Below are positions 8,739 to 17,425 of a DNA stretch of 32,000 bases, one piece after another. The stretch comes from Pseudodesulfovibrio mercurii. Lineage in GTDB: Bacteria; Desulfobacterota; Desulfovibrionia; Desulfovibrionales; Desulfovibrionaceae. Position 1 is the stretch's first letter, and every line of letters starts with the position of its first letter. The notes below the pieces were generated by a model. That model was not told the DNA's origin. It made no database searches and was given only the letters and a program-made list of their open reading frames with translations. Made by a program: the position numbers and the translations under genes. The stretch is taken from contig NC_016803.1 of NCBI RefSeq assembly GCF_000189295.2, forward strand, positions 2,970,001 through 3,002,000. Direction: 5' to 3'.

Positions 8739-9054
8739 CGCGTCCGCCTGGTGGCTGGTGGCCGTCCTGATCGGGCTGGGCACCTTCCTGATCCGCTTTT
8801 CCTTCATCCTCATCGTGGACCGCGTGACCTTTCCCGAGGCCGTGGTCCGCATGCTCCGGTTCATCCCGGCCTCGGTCCTGCCCGCCATCATCGTGCCCGC
8901 CGTGCTCCTGCACGGCACGGACGGCGGCCCCACGGGCCTGGCCCGTCCGGCGGCGGCCGCCGTGGCCGTGCTGGCCGCCTGGAAGACCCGCAGCATCCTG
9001 GTGACCATCCTCAGCGGCATGGCCACCCTCTGGCTCCTCCGGGCCATACTCTAA
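8731..9054 (+). CDS. azlD: AzlD-family small membrane protein
   Basis: A GTG start at 8731 overlaps the azlC end. The 107-aa product has 3-4 TM segments (WWLVAVLIGLGTFLIRFSFILIV), as expected for the AzlD partner of AzlC. Confidence 0.75.
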   Translation: MRDASAWWLVAVLIGLGTFLIRFSFILIVDRVTFPEAVVRMLRFIPASVLPAIIVPAVLLHGTDGGPTGLARPAAAAVAVLAAWKTRSILVTILSGMATLWLLRAIL

Positions 9055-9085
9055 AAAAGGAATCCGCGCTGGGCGGGCAGCTCCG

Positions 9086-10165
9086 TCAGTCCCCGAACAG
9101 GCGGGCGCCGTCGAAGTCGAAGACCAGGTATTCCACCGCGACCCGGTTGCCGGAGAAGGTTTCAGCGGCCCGTTTGGCGTGTCCGGCCAGCAGGGCGATC
9201 AGGGCCGGGCGGCCCGGGTCGTCGGCCAGCAGGTCGAGGACCTGGCGGGCGGTGTTGGCCGCGCGGACGGCCGGGGCGTGGGCCGGGTCGCAGCCCGCTT
9301 CGAGGCAGCGGTCGGCCAGCAGGGCGAAGTCCACGGGGTGGGTCCCGGCGTGGGTGTAGGGCAGCCCCTGAGCCTGCTTGACCAGCTTGCCGAAGAACAG
9401 GGACCAGGCCGCCCGGGTGAAGCCGTGGTCGGCGGCGGCGTTCATGGCGAACTCGAAGAAATCGGCGGCCTGGATCAGGGCCGTTTCCGGGGTGTCGGGC
9501 CGGGCGTCGAGGTAAAGGCGCTCGCTGCGGCGGCCCGTGGTCATGACCGCCCGGTCGAGCCCCTGGGCCCGGGCCACGCTCAGCCCCTCCTCGATGGTCG
9601 CCTTCCAGGAGGCGTGGGAGTAGGGCTTGACGATGCCCTGGGTGCCCAGGATGGAGATGCCGCCGACGATGCCCAGGCGCGGGTTCATGGTCGCCCTGGC
9701 GATGGTCTCGCCCTCGGGGACCTCGATGGTCACGGTGACGCGCCCGGAGGTCAGTCCCTGGGCGGCCAGCCGGACCGCCGCCTCGATCTGGCGGCGCGGG
9801 TCGGGGTTGATGGCCGGTTCGCCTACGGCCACGGGCAGGCCCGGCAGGGTGGCCCGGCCCACGCCCCGGCCGCCGGCGAGGACCACGCCCAAGGGGCCGT
9901 CCCCCGGCTCCACCCGGACCACGGCCTGGATCTCGTGGCCGTGGGTGGCGTCCGGGTCGTCGCCGCCGTCCTTGACGACCGTGACGCGGACCGCGCCGTC
10001 CTCGGGCTCGATGCGCTCCACGGGCACGGTCAGCGCGCCGCCGGGCGGCAGGGGGGCATCCACGGACGCCACGGTTTCGCCGGTCAGCAGGAAGCGGACC
10101 CCGGCCATGGCCGCGGCTGCGGCGCAGGTGCCGGTGGTCCGGCCGGTGCGCAGCCCCCGGCTCAC
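9086..10165 (-). CDS. cbiD: cobalt-precorrin-5B (C1)-methyltransferase CbiD
   Basis: The N-terminal signature LRTGRTTGTCAAAAA is present together with GGISILGTQGIVKPYS. The best in-frame start is GTG at 10165, 2 nt after the upstream stop. The ORF-track extension to 11458 runs through the upstream gene in another frame. Confidence 0.88.
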   Translation of the reverse strand: MSRGLRTGRTTGTCAAAAAMAGVRFLLTGETVASVDAPLPPGGALTVPVERIEPEDGAVRVTVVKDGGDDPDATHGHEIQAVVRVEPGDGPLGVVLAGGRGVGRATLPGLPVAVGEPAINPDPRRQIEAAVRLAAQGLTSGRVTVTIEVPEGETIARATMNPRLGIVGGISILGTQGIVKPYSHASWKATIEEGLSVARAQGLDRAVMTTGRRSERLYLDARPDTPETALIQAADFFEFAMNAAADHGFTRAAWSLFFGKLVKQAQGLPYTHAGTHPVDFALLADRCLEAGCDPAHAPAVRAANTARQVLDLLADDPGRPALIALLAGHAKRAAETFSGNRVAVEYLVFDFDGARLFGD

Positions 10166-10167
10166 GG

Positions 10168-11661
10168 TCAGCGCACCCGCCGGGCGGGTTCGTACAGGGT
10201 GGTGCCCGCCAGGTCGGAGATGTTTTCGAGCATGTTCCCGAAGAGCAGCACGTGGAAGGGATACATGGCATACCAGTAGAGGATGCCGGTCAGGCCGCGC
10301 GGCAGGAACTTGGCGGTCATGGACAGGTCCACGGCGTTGTCCCACTTGGTGTCCAGCCGAAATTCCAGCAGGGCCTCGCCGGGCAGGCGCATCTCGGCCT
10401 TGAGCAGGAGCCGACGCCCCCAGTCCGAGGCGACCACCCGCCAGAAGTCCAGGGCGTCGCCCACGCGCGGTTCGCTGTCGCCGCGCGGGCGGCCCCGTCG
10501 GCCGGGCCCGGCCAGGAGCCGGTCGAGCAGGCCGCGCAGCCGCCACAACGGATCGCCGAAATACCAGCCCCGCTCCCCGCCGATGCGGGCCACCTGCTCC
10601 CAGACCTTGTCCGGGTCTCCCTGGAGCCGCGCCCGGTAGCCCATCTCGAAGCGCGTGCCGCCCGCGTACCGGGGGTCGTCCACCGAGGCCCACTCGGGCA
10701 TGCAGGCGGAGCCCACGTCGAACAGGCAGGTCTCCACGGCCTGCTGTTCGGTCTTTTCCAGGGCGCGGCGGATGGCCTCGCGGCAGGAGAGCAGTTCCTG
10801 GGGGACCAGCTCGCGGATGCGGTGGTCCCGGCAGACGACCTCGTTGCGCAACCCCTCGATGAGCGCGCGGGACAGGGGCATGGGCACCGGGGTGATCAGG
10901 GAGACCCAGAAGGAGGACAGGCGCGGGGAGACGAAGGGCAGGGGCAGCAGCCGCCGCCGGGGGATGCCCGCCACCTCCGAGTAGAGATGGAAAAGTTCCT
11001 CGTAGGACAGGACGTCCGGCCCGCCAATGTCGAGCGTCAGCCCGGCCGTGGCCTCGTTTTCGAGGCACCCGGCCAGGTAGCCGAGCACGTTGCGGATGCA
11101 GATGGGCTGGGTCCTGGTGCGCACCCAGGCCGGGGTGATCATGAACGGCAGCCGGTCGGCCAGGTAGCGGACCAGTTCGAAGGACGAGGAGCCCGAGCCG
11201 ATGATCTGGGCCGCGCGCAGGGTGGTCACCTTGGCCGGGCCCAGCGCCAGGATGCGGCCCACCTCGGCCCGCGAGCGCAGGTGCGTGGACAGGGGCCGGT
11301 CCTCGCGGTCCTCGCCCAGCCCGCCGAGGTAGATGATCCGCTTGAGGCCCGCGTGTTTGGCCGCCTGGACCATGTTGTAGGCCGCGTCGCGCTCCTGCTC
11401 GGCGAAGTCGCGGCCCGGACGGGTCATGGAGTGGACCAGGTAGAAGGCGGCGTCGCACCCCTCGGCCGCCTGTTTCAGGCTCTCGAGGTCGTGCATCTCG
11501 GCCCGCACGGCCTCGACCTTGTCGCCCCAGGAGCGGGCACGGATCTTGTCCACGCTGCGCCCGGCGGCCCGCACCGGGTGGCCGCGCGACAAGAGCAGCG
11601 GCACCAGCCGCCCGCCCACGTAGCCCGTGGAACCGAGGACCAGGACCCGACCGTCAGCCAT
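10168..11661 (-). CDS. NAD(P)-binding SDR/NmrA-like protein with a C-terminal DUF2867-like domain
   Basis: The Rossmann motif is VLVLGSTGYVGGRL. The ~200-aa C-terminal extension is of the type I recall as DUF2867. Confidence 0.75.
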   Translation of the reverse strand: MADGRVLVLGSTGYVGGRLVPLLLSRGHPVRAAGRSVDKIRARSWGDKVEAVRAEMHDLESLKQAAEGCDAAFYLVHSMTRPGRDFAEQERDAAYNMVQAAKHAGLKRIIYLGGLGEDREDRPLSTHLRSRAEVGRILALGPAKVTTLRAAQIIGSGSSSFELVRYLADRLPFMITPAWVRTRTQPICIRNVLGYLAGCLENEATAGLTLDIGGPDVLSYEELFHLYSEVAGIPRRRLLPLPFVSPRLSSFWVSLITPVPMPLSRALIEGLRNEVVCRDHRIRELVPQELLSCREAIRRALEKTEQQAVETCLFDVGSACMPEWASVDDPRYAGGTRFEMGYRARLQGDPDKVWEQVARIGGERGWYFGDPLWRLRGLLDRLLAGPGRRGRPRGDSEPRVGDALDFWRVVASDWGRRLLLKAEMRLPGEALLEFRLDTKWDNAVDLSMTAKFLPRGLTGILYWYAMYPFHVLLFGNMLENISDLAGTTLYEPARRVR

Positions 11662-11673
11662 GGCGTCCCCCGC

Positions 11674-11952
11674 CTAGCGCGGCTTGGTCTGGAAGCGGTA
11701 GCCCTCGCCGTCCGGGTGGTAGTTCCAGCCCAGGTCGGCCATGCACATCAGGAACCGCTTGTTCTGCTTGTGCTTGTCCAGGGGGAACTCCTCGCCCGCG
11801 ACGACCTCGCACTTGAGGGAGTCCTCCTGGAACTTCCGGTCCAGCTCCTTGCCCGAGTAGTCGGGGTGGGTCCACGGCTTGGAGCAGCCGCCCGACAGCA
11901 GGACGGCCGCGACCAGGGCGGCGGAAAGGGTGGCGACGATGATTCGGCGCAT
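11674..11952 (-). CDS. small lipoprotein (92 aa)
   Basis: ATG at 11952 (MRRIIVATLSAALVAAVLLSGGC, lipobox LSGGC) is preceded by AAGGAG. The longer 11997 start overlaps the gpsA end. Confidence 0.65.
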   Translation of the reverse strand: MRRIIVATLSAALVAAVLLSGGCSKPWTHPDYSGKELDRKFQEDSLKCEVVAGEEFPLDKHKQNKRFLMCMADLGWNYHPDGEGYRFQTKPR

Positions 11953-11989
11953 GGCGCTCCTTCGGTTGTTCGTCCTGTTATTCGTCCTG

Positions 11990-12982
11990 TTACTCATCCT
12001 TGAGGTCCCGGCTCATCAGGTCCGTGGTGGCCTGGGCCGGGTCCTTGCCTTCGTAGAGAATCTTGTAGACCTGCTCGGTGATGGGCAGCTCCACTTCGAG
12101 CTTCGCCGCCAGGTCGTGCAGGGACTGGGTGGTCTTGACGCCCTCGGCCACGGCCTTCATCTCGCCGACGATCTCGTCCAGGGTCTTGCCCTGGCCGAGC
12201 TTGAGGCCCACCTGGCGGTTGCGCGACAGGTCGCCGGTGCAGGTCAGGACCAGGTCGCCCATGCCGGACAGCCCCATGAAGGTCCGTTCCTGGCCGCCCA
12301 TGGCCTCGCCCAGCCGACTCAGCTCGGCCAGGCCGCGCGTGATCAGGGCCGCCCGGGCGTCGTGGCCGAAGCCCAGGCCGTCGGCGATGCCCGCCGCGAT
12401 GGCGATGACGTTCTTGACCGCGCCGCCCAGTTCCACCCCCCGGTAGTCCGGGGTGTAGTAGACGCGGAAATACGGAGTGGAGAAGGCCTCCTGCAGCTCG
12501 CGGCCCAGGTCGTGGTCCTCGCAGCCCAGCGACACGGAGGTGGGCATGTTCCGCGAGACCTCGGCCGCGAAGGACGGGCCGGACAGGGCCGCGTACCGGG
12601 GCCCCTTGCCCTCCAGCGCCTCGGCCACCACGCGGGACACCGGGGCCAGGGTGCTGAGCTCGATGCCCTTGGAGGCGTTGACCAGGACCGGGCGGTCCGG
12701 GAGCAGGTCGCGGAACCCGACGAGGGCCGGGCGGATGAACTGGCTGGGGATGACAACCAGGAAGTAGTCGGCCCCGTCAAAGGCGGTCGCCGGGTCGGAC
12801 TCGACCTCAAGCGCTTCGGACAGGGTCACGCCGGGCAGGAACACCCGGTTTTCCCGATGGTTGCGGATGTCGGCCACCACCTCGGGCTCGCGCGCCCACA
12901 GGGTGGTGTTCCGGCCATTTTTGGCGAGCATGTCGGCCAGGGTGGTGCCCCATGCGCCCGCGCCCAGTACAGCTATCTTCAT
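11990..12982 (-). CDS. gpsA: NAD(P)H-dependent glycerol-3-phosphate dehydrogenase
   Basis: The product starts MKIAVLGAGAWGTTLA (Rossmann). The GpsA-typical motifs GVELGGAVKNVIAIAAG and GDLVLTC are present. AAGGAG lies upstream of the ATG. Confidence 0.95.
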   Translation of the reverse strand: MKIAVLGAGAWGTTLADMLAKNGRNTTLWAREPEVVADIRNHRENRVFLPGVTLSEALEVESDPATAFDGADYFLVVIPSQFIRPALVGFRDLLPDRPVLVNASKGIELSTLAPVSRVVAEALEGKGPRYAALSGPSFAAEVSRNMPTSVSLGCEDHDLGRELQEAFSTPYFRVYYTPDYRGVELGGAVKNVIAIAAGIADGLGFGHDARAALITRGLAELSRLGEAMGGQERTFMGLSGMGDLVLTCTGDLSRNRQVGLKLGQGKTLDEIVGEMKAVAEGVKTTQSLHDLAAKLEVELPITEQVYKILYEGKDPAQATTDLMSRDLKDE

Positions 12983-13016
12983 TCAGGATCTCCTTGGCTC
13001 GGTTGTCGAGTACACC

Positions 13017-13045
13017 AGCATACGTGGCCCGACCGTGCGTGGCAA
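13017..13045 (-). promoter_or_regulatory. candidate sigma70-type promoter for the gpsA operon
   Basis: The minus strand reads TTGCCA-17 nt-TATGCT, about 35 nt upstream of the gpsA ATG. Confidence 0.4.
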
Positions 13046-13078
13046 GGGCGGGACCGTGCCGAAAACCGCCCGCGCCGG

Positions 13079-13107
13079 TTGCATCCGGGGGCGGCGGAAT
13101 GTATAGA
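13079..13107 (+). promoter_or_regulatory. candidate promoter for ahbA/B-hemL, possibly giving a leaderless mRNA
   Basis: The motif is TTGCAT-17 nt-TATAGA, and only six C residues separate the -10 hexamer from the ATG at 13114. Confidence 0.35.
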
Positions 13108-13113
13108 CCCCCC

Positions 13114-13590
13114 ATGGCAATACGATTCAGCGAAACCGAGGAAAGGATTCTCGCCCTGGCGGGTGGCGACCTGCCGGACACCGAGCAGCCGTTCAAGACT
13201 ATCGCCGAGGCCGCGGGCGCGACCGAGCGGGAGGTCATCGACCTCTTGGCCGATCTCAAGAAGCGCAAGATCATCCGCCGCTTCGGGGCCACCCTGCGCC
13301 ACCAGAAGGCGGGCTACGGCCACAACGCCATGGTCGCCTGGCGGGTGCCGGACGAGCGCATCGAGGAGGTCGGCCAGATATTCGCCGATCGGCCCGAGAT
13401 ATCCCACTGCTACGTGCGCCGGACCTACCCGGAGTGGACCTACAACGTCTACACCATGATCCACGGCGAGCGGCCCGGCCAGACCGACGAGGTGGTGGCC
13501 GAGCTGGAACAGGCAGTGGGCATCGACGACCACTGTACCCTCAGGTCCCTCAAGGAACTCAAGAAGACCTCCATGGTCTATTTCAAATAG
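13114..13590 (+). CDS. ahbB: siroheme decarboxylase subunit, AhbA/AhbB (NirD/L/G/H, Lrp/AsnC-like) family
   Basis: The N-terminal wHTH is [51 protein letters not shown], followed by an RHQKAGY..NAMVAW core typical of NirD-like proteins. It sits directly upstream of hemL. An alternative ATG lies at 13099. The A-versus-B assignment rests only on remembered D. vulgaris synteny. Confidence 0.75.
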   Translation: MAIRFSETEERILALAGGDLPDTEQPFKTIAEAAGATEREVIDLLADLKKRKIIRRFGATLRHQKAGYGHNAMVAWRVPDERIEEVGQIFADRPEISHCYVRRTYPEWTYNVYTMIHGERPGQTDEVVAELEQAVGIDDHCTLRSLKELKKTSMVYFK

Positions 13591-13601
13591 GAAGCACCAC
13601 A

Positions 13602-14861
13602 ATGGATTCGAAATCGCTTTACGCCAGGGCGCTGGCCCTCATGCCCGGCGGGGTCAACTCGCCGCTTCGGGCCTGCAAGTACGTCAATGCCGAACCCGTC
13701 TTCATCGAGAACGCCAAGGGCGCGTATCTCTGGGATGTGGAGGGGCGCAAGTACATCGACTACGTCTTTTCCTGGGGGCCGCTGCTCCTGGGGCACCAGG
13801 ACCCGGCCGTGAACGCGGCCGCCCATGAGGCCGTGGACCACGGCTCCAGCTACGGCGCGCCCTGCCTGGGCGAGGTCCTGCTGGCCGAGGAGATCAGCAG
13901 GATCATCCCGTCCATGGAGATGATGCGCATGGTCTCGTCCGGCACCGAGGCGACCATGTCCGCCCTGCGGCTGGCGCGCGGCTATACCGGGCGCAACAAG
14001 TTCGTGAAGTTCATCGGCAACTACCACGGCCACGCCGACGCCTTCCTGGCGGCGGCGGGCTCGGCGGCGGGCACCGTGCCCGGCACCCCCGGCGTGCCCG
14101 AGGAGGTCATCAGCCACACCCTGCTGGCCCAGTACAACGACCTGGACGCCGTGCGGAAGCACTTCGAGACCTCGGGCGACGAGATCGCCTGCGTCATCGT
14201 GGAGCCGTGCGCGGGCAACATGGGTCTGGTCCTGCCCAAGGAGGGCTTCCTCCAGGGGCTGCGCGACCTGTGCACGCAATACGGCGCGGTGCTCATCTTC
14301 GACGAGGTCATCACCGGCTTCCGCCTGGCCCCCGGCGGGGCCCAGGAGCGCTACGGCATCACCCCGGACCTGACCACGCTCGGCAAGATCATCGGCGGCG
14401 GGTTCCCGGTGGGCTGCTACGGCGGCAAGCGCGAGATCATGGAGCACATGGCCCCGGTGGGCGGCGTGTTCCAGGCGGGCACCCTGTCCGGCAACCCCGT
14501 GGCCATGGCCGCCGGTCTGGCCACCCTGAAGCGGTTGCAGGAGTGCGACTATCCGGCCCTGGAGGCGAAGACCAAGGCCCTGACCGACGAGTTGGCCGCC
14601 ATCCTGCGGGCCAAGGGCAAGCCGGTCTACGTGGCCCAGGCGGGCTCCGCCTTCACCCTGTATTTCTCGGACGCGCCCGTGACCAACATGGCCGAGTCGG
14701 GCCGCTGCGACCAGACCACCTTCGGGATCTACTGGAAGCAGATGATGGCCCAAGGCATCTACCTGGCCCCGGCGGGCTTCGAGTGCGCCTTCACCTCCTT
14801 CGCCCACTCGGACGAGGATTTCGAGAAGACCCTGGCCGCGGCCCGCGCGGTGGAATTCTAG
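13602..14861 (+). CDS. hemL: glutamate-1-semialdehyde 2,1-aminomutase
   Basis: The product starts [24 protein letters not shown]. The PLP-lysine context is [12 protein letters not shown]. Confidence 0.95.
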   Translation: MDSKSLYARALALMPGGVNSPLRACKYVNAEPVFIENAKGAYLWDVEGRKYIDYVFSWGPLLLGHQDPAVNAAAHEAVDHGSSYGAPCLGEVLLAEEISRIIPSMEMMRMVSSGTEATMSALRLARGYTGRNKFVKFIGNYHGHADAFLAAAGSAAGTVPGTPGVPEEVISHTLLAQYNDLDAVRKHFETSGDEIACVIVEPCAGNMGLVLPKEGFLQGLRDLCTQYGAVLIFDEVITGFRLAPGGAQERYGITPDLTTLGKIIGGGFPVGCYGGKREIMEHMAPVGGVFQAGTLSGNPVAMAAGLATLKRLQECDYPALEAKTKALTDELAAILRAKGKPVYVAQAGSAFTLYFSDAPVTNMAESGRCDQTTFGIYWKQMMAQGIYLAPAGFECAFTSFAHSDEDFEKTLAAARAVEF

Positions 14862-14887
14862 GTCGTTTCGCCACCAGTATACCCATC

Positions 14888-14922
14888 GGGCCGGGAATCC
14901 TTCGGGTTCCCGGCCCTTTTTT
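14888..14922 (+). terminator. rho-independent terminator after hemL
   Basis: GGGCCGGGAA (14888-14897) and TTCCCGGCCC (14907-14916) form a perfect 10-bp stem, followed by T6 (14917-14922). Confidence 0.8.
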
Positions 14923-15010
14923 CGCCGACCGTGCGGGAACCGGGAAAAAACACCCCACGTCATGCTGTTTTTTTCTTCCCCCGACCCGAGGTTGCTGGTA
15001 GACAGAAGGA

Positions 15011-16039
15011 ATGCCAGCAAAGAAAATCGCCATCTACGCCCTGACCTCCCAGGGGTTGGCCGTGGCCAAGCGGCTGGCCGCCAGGCTGCCGGGCACGCTC
15101 TATGCCTCCAAGAACCTGGAGGCCGAGGACGCCATCTCCTTCGAGTCCCTCAAACACCTGGTCTCGGCCTCGTTCAACGCCTTCGACGGGCACATCTTCG
15201 TGGCCGCCGCGGGCATCGTGGTCCGCTGCATCGCCCCGCACCTGCAATCCAAGGAGACCGACCCGGCCGTGGTCTGCATGGACCAGACCGGGCTGTTCGC
15301 CATCAGCCTGCTCTCGGGCCACCTGGGCGGGGCCAACGAACTGGCCGACCGCTGCGCGCGCATCATGGGCGGGCAGTCGGTCATCACCACGGCCACGGAC
15401 TCGGCCGGGGTCCTGTCCATCGACAGCCTGGCCATGGCCAAGGGGCTGGCCATCGGGACCATCAACAAGGTCAAGGACGTGAACATGGCCCTGCTTGAGG
15501 ACCGGACCGTCCAGCTCTACGACCCCGAGGACTGGCTCGGGCTGGCCTGGAACGCCTCCTTCGAGGGCAAGGTCGGGTACGAGGACTGGAACGACACCAT
15601 GCCGGGCATCTGGGTCTCCTGGCACAACGACGCCCCCGAGGGCAGCCTGGCCCTGCACCCCAGGGTCCTGCATCTGGGCATCGGCTGCCGCCGGGACATC
15701 ACCACCTACGAGATTCTGGACCACGTCTACGCGGTCTTCAAGAAATACGGTTTCTCCATGGAATCCATCGCCTCGGTCGGCTCGGTGGAGGCCAAGCGCA
15801 ACGAACCCGGCCTGCTCGAGGCGGCCGAGGAGTTCGGCGTGGACCCGGTCTTCTACTCCACGGCCCAGCTCGCGGCCGTGGACACGCCCACGCCCTCGGA
15901 CCGCGTCCAGGCGCACATGGGCGTGCCCAGCGTGGCCGAGGCCTCGGCCATGCTCGCCTCCCACGGCGGGGAGCTGATCGTGACCAAGGAAAAGACCTCC
16001 ACCGTGACCCTGGCCGTGGCCCGGAGCAACCGTGCTTAA
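15011..16039 (+). CDS. cbiG: cobalt-precorrin-5A hydrolase CbiG
   Basis: The length and the motifs (GHIFVAAAGIVVRCIAPH, LSGHLGGANELA, HLGIGCRR) are typical of CbiG N- and C-terminal domains. It overlaps cbiH by 8 nt. Confidence 0.88.
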   Translation: MPAKKIAIYALTSQGLAVAKRLAARLPGTLYASKNLEAEDAISFESLKHLVSASFNAFDGHIFVAAAGIVVRCIAPHLQSKETDPAVVCMDQTGLFAISLLSGHLGGANELADRCARIMGGQSVITTATDSAGVLSIDSLAMAKGLAIGTINKVKDVNMALLEDRTVQLYDPEDWLGLAWNASFEGKVGYEDWNDTMPGIWVSWHNDAPEGSLALHPRVLHLGIGCRRDITTYEILDHVYAVFKKYGFSMESIASVGSVEAKRNEPGLLEAAEEFGVDPVFYSTAQLAAVDTPTPSDRVQAHMGVPSVAEASAMLASHGGELIVTKEKTSTVTLAVARSNRA

Positions 16040-16778
16040 GGCGGTCAGTCTCGGACCCGGGGACATCTCCCTGCTGACCCCGGCGGCCCGTTGGGCCATC
16101 GAGGAGGCCGAGGTGGTGGCCGGGTACAAGGCGTACATCGAGCTGGTCCCGGACGGCATGCTCGAGGGCAAGATCGTCATCTCCACGGGCATGATGGGCG
16201 AGCTGGACCGCGCCCGGCAGGCCGTGGAGCACGCCCGGTCCGGGCGCCGGACCGTCATGGTCTGCTCCGGCGACGCGGGCATCTACGCCATGGCCGGGCT
16301 GCTTATGGAGGTCCTGGAGAGCGAGGGTCTGCTCGAGACCGTGCCCTTCGAGGTCATCCCCGGCGTGGCCGCCTTCAACGCGGCGGCGGCCCTGCTCGGC
16401 GCGCCGCTCATGCACGACTTCGCGTCCATCTCCCTGAGCGACCTGTTGACCCCGTGGGAGCGCATCGAACAGCGCCTTCAGGCCGCGGCCAGCGCGGATT
16501 TCGTCATCGCCCTGTACAACCCCCGCTCCAAGCGGCGCAGCGACCACCTGCGCGAGGCACTGGACATCATCGGCCAGTTCCGCAGGCCGACCACGCCCGT
16601 GGGCATCGTGCGCAAGGCGTACCGCGTGGGCCAGTTCGTCGAGGCCGTGCCGCTGAAGGACGTGGATGTGGAAAAGGCGGACATGCAGACCGTGCTCCTG
16701 GTCGGCAACTCGGCCACCCGCCTGGTGGGGGGGCGCATGCTCACCCCGCGCGGCTATCACCGCAAATACGCCCTGTAA
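16032..16778 (+). CDS. cbiH: cobalt-factor III / precorrin-3B C17-methyltransferase (CbiH/CobJ)
   Basis: A GTG start gives the tetrapyrrole methylase N-terminal motif VSLGPGD. Further motifs are VVAGYKAYIEL and VCSGDAGIYAMA. Confidence 0.9.
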   Translation: MLKAVSLGPGDISLLTPAARWAIEEAEVVAGYKAYIELVPDGMLEGKIVISTGMMGELDRARQAVEHARSGRRTVMVCSGDAGIYAMAGLLMEVLESEGLLETVPFEVIPGVAAFNAAAALLGAPLMHDFASISLSDLLTPWERIEQRLQAAASADFVIALYNPRSKRRSDHLREALDIIGQFRRPTTPVGIVRKAYRVGQFVEAVPLKDVDVEKADMQTVLLVGNSATRLVGGRMLTPRGYHRKYAL

Positions 16779-16864
16779 AACCGCCGGATCAAAGTGCAAA
16801 TCCCCCCTTGCGCTCAAGGGGCTTTATCGGGTAAAAGCAAGGGTCTACGATGGCAGCCCTCCGC

Positions 16865-16893
16865 TTGACAGGGGGTGGATACTTATTTATCCC
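16865..16893 (+). promoter_or_regulatory. candidate promoter for the cytochrome c3 gene
   Basis: The motif is TTGACA-17 nt-TATCCC. AGGAGGA (16932-16938) lies 9 nt before the ATG at 16948. Confidence 0.35.
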
Positions 16894-16947
16894 GCATAGT
16901 AGAGAGTGTGACTGTTTATCTTTTATGCAACAGGAGGAACTAGGTAC

Positions 16948-17355
16948 ATGAAGAAATCTCTCATCATCAGCCTGATGGTGGCCGCCCTGGTGTGCGTCTT
17001 CTGCCTGCCCGTGGTCATTGCGGCCAACGCGCCTGCGGACAGCATCACCATCGAGGTCCCGGCCGGCGCCAAAGCGACCAAGACGCCCGTGGTCTTCCCG
17101 CACAAGAAACACGTTGACGGCGGCATCGACTGCCTGGTCTGCCATCACAAGGCCACCAGCAAGGACGACGTCAAGGGCTGTGCTTCCGAAGGCTGCCACA
17201 TCGACGCGAGCGCGGCTGCCAAGAAGGAGCCGACCAGCTTCTACTCCGCCTTCCACAGCAAGAAGTCCGACGCTTCCTGCCTGGCCTGCCACAAGAAGGA
17301 AAAGAAGGCCGGCAAGAACGTTCCGGTCAGCTGCAAGGAATGCCACCCCAAATAA
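16948..17355 (+). CDS. cycA: periplasmic tetraheme cytochrome c3
   Basis: The Sec signal peptide is MKKSLIISLMVAALVCVFCLPVVIAANA. There are four heme-binding sites: CLVCH, CASEGCH, CLACH and CKECH. The protein is Lys-rich and of c3-like size. Confidence 0.95.
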   Translation: MKKSLIISLMVAALVCVFCLPVVIAANAPADSITIEVPAGAKATKTPVVFPHKKHVDGGIDCLVCHHKATSKDDVKGCASEGCHIDASAAAKKEPTSFYSAFHSKKSDASCLACHKKEKKAGKNVPVSCKECHPK

Positions 17356-17374
17356 GCCTTTAGGGTGAATCCAA

Positions 17375-17404
17375 GGGGGGCTGTGCAACACGGCCCCCCT
17401 TTTT
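17375..17404 (+). terminator. rho-independent terminator after cytochrome c3
   Basis: A GGGGGGC/GCCCCCC stem with a 9-11 nt loop is followed by TTTTT. The next ATG is only 21 nt downstream. Confidence 0.7.
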
Positions 17405-17425
17405 AAACTCCGTCTGGAGGCAACC

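Noticed and set aside
11969-11992. Perfect 12-nt tandem duplication TTCGTCCTGTTA x2 at the gpsA 3' end, giving two in-frame TAA codons 12 nt apart on the minus strand.
   Set aside because: It is too short to carry clear function and is most simply a slippage duplication with no effect on either neighbouring gene.
12952-13113. N-terminal extensions offered by the ORF track for many genes. Examples are 12952 for ahbB, 13434 for hemL, 4076 for the unknown protein, 6569 for pgi, 8022 for radA, 25767 for the polyferredoxin, 28329 for the channel, 27983 for SRAP and 30967 for the KH protein.
   Set aside because: The extensions overlap upstream genes or intergenic DNA, lack SD sequences and add Arg/Pro/Gly-rich non-homologous residues. 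Internal starts with SDs reproduce the canonical family N-termini.
14923-15010. Cobalamin riboswitch upstream of cbiG.
   Set aside because: Only 88 nt lie between the hemL terminator and the cbiG ATG, which is too short. I see no B12-box-like sequence.
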